64,000 bases of DNA, from assembly GCA_964199315.1 (NCBI GenBank), contig OZ116703.1:20522001-20586000 (forward strand). The letters run 5' to 3'. Position 1 is the stretch's first letter. Every line of letters begins with the position of its first letter. A model generated the notes under the pieces. That model saw nothing but the letters and a program-made list of their open reading frames with translations, made no database searches and had not been told where the DNA came from. The translations under genes and the position numbers were made by a program. The DNA comes from Orbicella franksi (lineage: Eukaryota). This document shows positions 62,009 through 64,000 of this stretch, piece after piece.

Positions 62009-63064
62009 TTAGACACGATTTGATGGTAAGTGTTCCAAATAATGACCTTCCCTATTTTGTCCCCGCTGAGATCCTTTTCCGTAGGATTTTTGCAGACTCA
62101 ACGATGACCCCTTATTTGTTTTTCTTCTGATTACACGAAAGGCCTGCCGGAAGTCGTGCTTGCAGAATACGTAAAGCAGTGGGTTTAAAAGAGAGTTCAA
62201 AAATTTAGGATAGTAGAACAGCGTGTATTCAACTGAGATTGGTAACGTGAAAAAGTCATTCCCAATCAGATGGAACAGGCCAAGCAGAAAATAAGGAAGC
62301 CAGCAGAAAATATAAATGCTTATCATGATCACGAAAATTACTGCGGCGCGCCTTTAGCGCGCACTGGATCGTCGTACGTTCTTCCTAAAAGACGGCGTGT
62401 TGTTTTGCTCGATTACTCGCAGCTGTTTTCTCAAAACAAGAAATATTGTGATGTAGCAAAAGATCATTGTTATAAGTGGTACCAAGAAGAATAAGATGAT
62501 ACAAAATATATCATATATGATTATTATTCTTGCGGTTTTCTCCTCGATACCTTCGTTAACATTCATGTCGAGGCCTATCCATGAGAGTTGAATCAGGGAG
62601 ACAAAGACGGCGGTTAACCACACCGAGAGAAGTAAGGAGAGTATCCTTCGCTTCGTAATCAAAGAGCTATAGCGTATGGCGTGGATAACAGCGACATGGC
62701 GATCGACAGAAACTAGAAAGAGGTGCAGAACAATCGAAATCGAGAAGAACCTCGTGAGCATCTGAGTGATCCCGCAAACCACTCTCTCTTGAATTGCAGA
62801 GCAAGCCAAGTAGAAAGGTATTCCAAGTACACCACTAAGCAAGTCTGAAAACGCCAAGCTGCCAAGGATTAAGTTCGTTACCGTTCGAAGAGATCGAACC
62901 CTTGTAGTGAGAAACAGAACAAGTGAGTTGAACATCGCGATAAAAACTGCTAGGACAATTGGAAACGTATCGAATTCTGGACTGAAGCCGAGAATTGTCT
63001 CCTCTTGCTTATCGTCCAGATCATCTAGTGCGTCGTTGTCCATATGCCTTGATAAGTTCACCAT
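62009..63064 (-). pseudogene. Paralogous class A GPCR with an in-frame TAA at 62354-62356
   Basis: ORFs 62354..63151 and 62009..62332 share one frame. SAR*RRAAVIF aligns with HSRERRAAIIF of the intact copy (GAA to TAA). Confidence 0.8.
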
Positions 63065-64000
63065 ATTAAAATGAAAAGATTGGCGAGGGATGACAACCTC
63101 CTGTTGCCGCCGGCGGATAGTAAGAGTGACCGATGGAAACAATATCGACAATCTTTAAACAGTATCTTATGTAGATGTGCGTCATGAAACGCGCCGCCGC
63201 ACGAAGAAGAGTAATAAAAAGAATAAATACTGTTCCAGCTGAACACCGTAAGACCACTTATAATCGCTGACGCTTACCATGTAGCTGACAAAGCGGTAAA
63301 CAAAACATAACAAACACAACAGGCGTATGGTCCTAAGAACTCCTAATGCTTGCTTTTCAGGATTCTGACTGTGTTTTCACCTGGACCAAGCTTTTAACTT
63401 TCTGAAATATGCATTTTGCAACGTTAATTATATCACTTCTGTAAAATGACAACGTGATGCTTCCTTCGTTCCCTAGTGTTCAGTTAACACCCATGAATTA
63501 GGAAGTATTGAAATATACCAGGCAGGCGATGACCATTACATCGCTGATCATCCGAGAAATTACGAGGGTCCGCCACCAAACGTTTGCGCAACGATTTTCA
63601 TCGGACTGAGAAAAAAAAATCATTTGCATCTCAGACAAAGTGATTGCTACTAAAAAATGTAAAGGTTAAAGAGTTTTACGTCTTCTTTCGGGGCTATTGT
63701 ATTACCATTAAGCACTTTTACGTGGTTTGCAATTTGTAAAGATTGGGTTACCAAGCAAAGTAAAACGCCTCTAAACATTTTGGACAGCGAGAAAACACTG
63801 AAGCCATTGGCGAAGTTGTCATTTTTTAAAGATGCACTTGCAATCTGTCAAGCAGTCTTTTGGTTCTGTTTGTTTTTCTTTTAACACTGAATACTGAGAC
63901 CAGAAAGATAATCATCCTTCTTGCGGGGAGGATGTGTGCGAGGGAAAATAATGAATATTCTAACTAGAAATTTCCTGGATTAACAAAAAAAAAAGGATAT

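Overview
Eukaryotic, AT-rich, intron-rich animal DNA. The repeat families and gene content suggest a stony coral or other anthozoan (inference). The window is dominated by one large minus-strand gene, which I reconstructed by hand as 33 GT-AG coding exons (10579-45662). They join in frame into about 3520 aa: two TPR cassettes, four CCCH zinc fingers, an Ig-like/barrel region, SF1 (UPF1-like) helicase 1, a PAM2 motif, an RNB (RNase II/R) exonuclease domain, a long acidic tract, and SF1 helicase 2. This is a HELZ2-like helicase-nuclease with a ZC3H7/RoXaN-like TPR-CCCH head and a HELZ-like PAM2 motif. Its start codon is unresolved. A second gene with the same TPR exon structure starts at 3988 and runs towards the left edge, so this may be a tandem cluster. 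At the right are two intronless class A GPCR paralogues, one with a nonsense codon. Introns and intergenic DNA hold many TE remnants: MITEs, LINE fragments, an AcademH-like derivative with a 9-bp TSD, a four-level nested element, a Crypton-like remnant, a 3 x ~870-bp tandem array and a Penelope-type minimal hammerhead motif. There is one 132-N gap. No CRISPR array, rRNA or tRNA gene was seen. All splicing, domain and family calls are manual; no database search was run.
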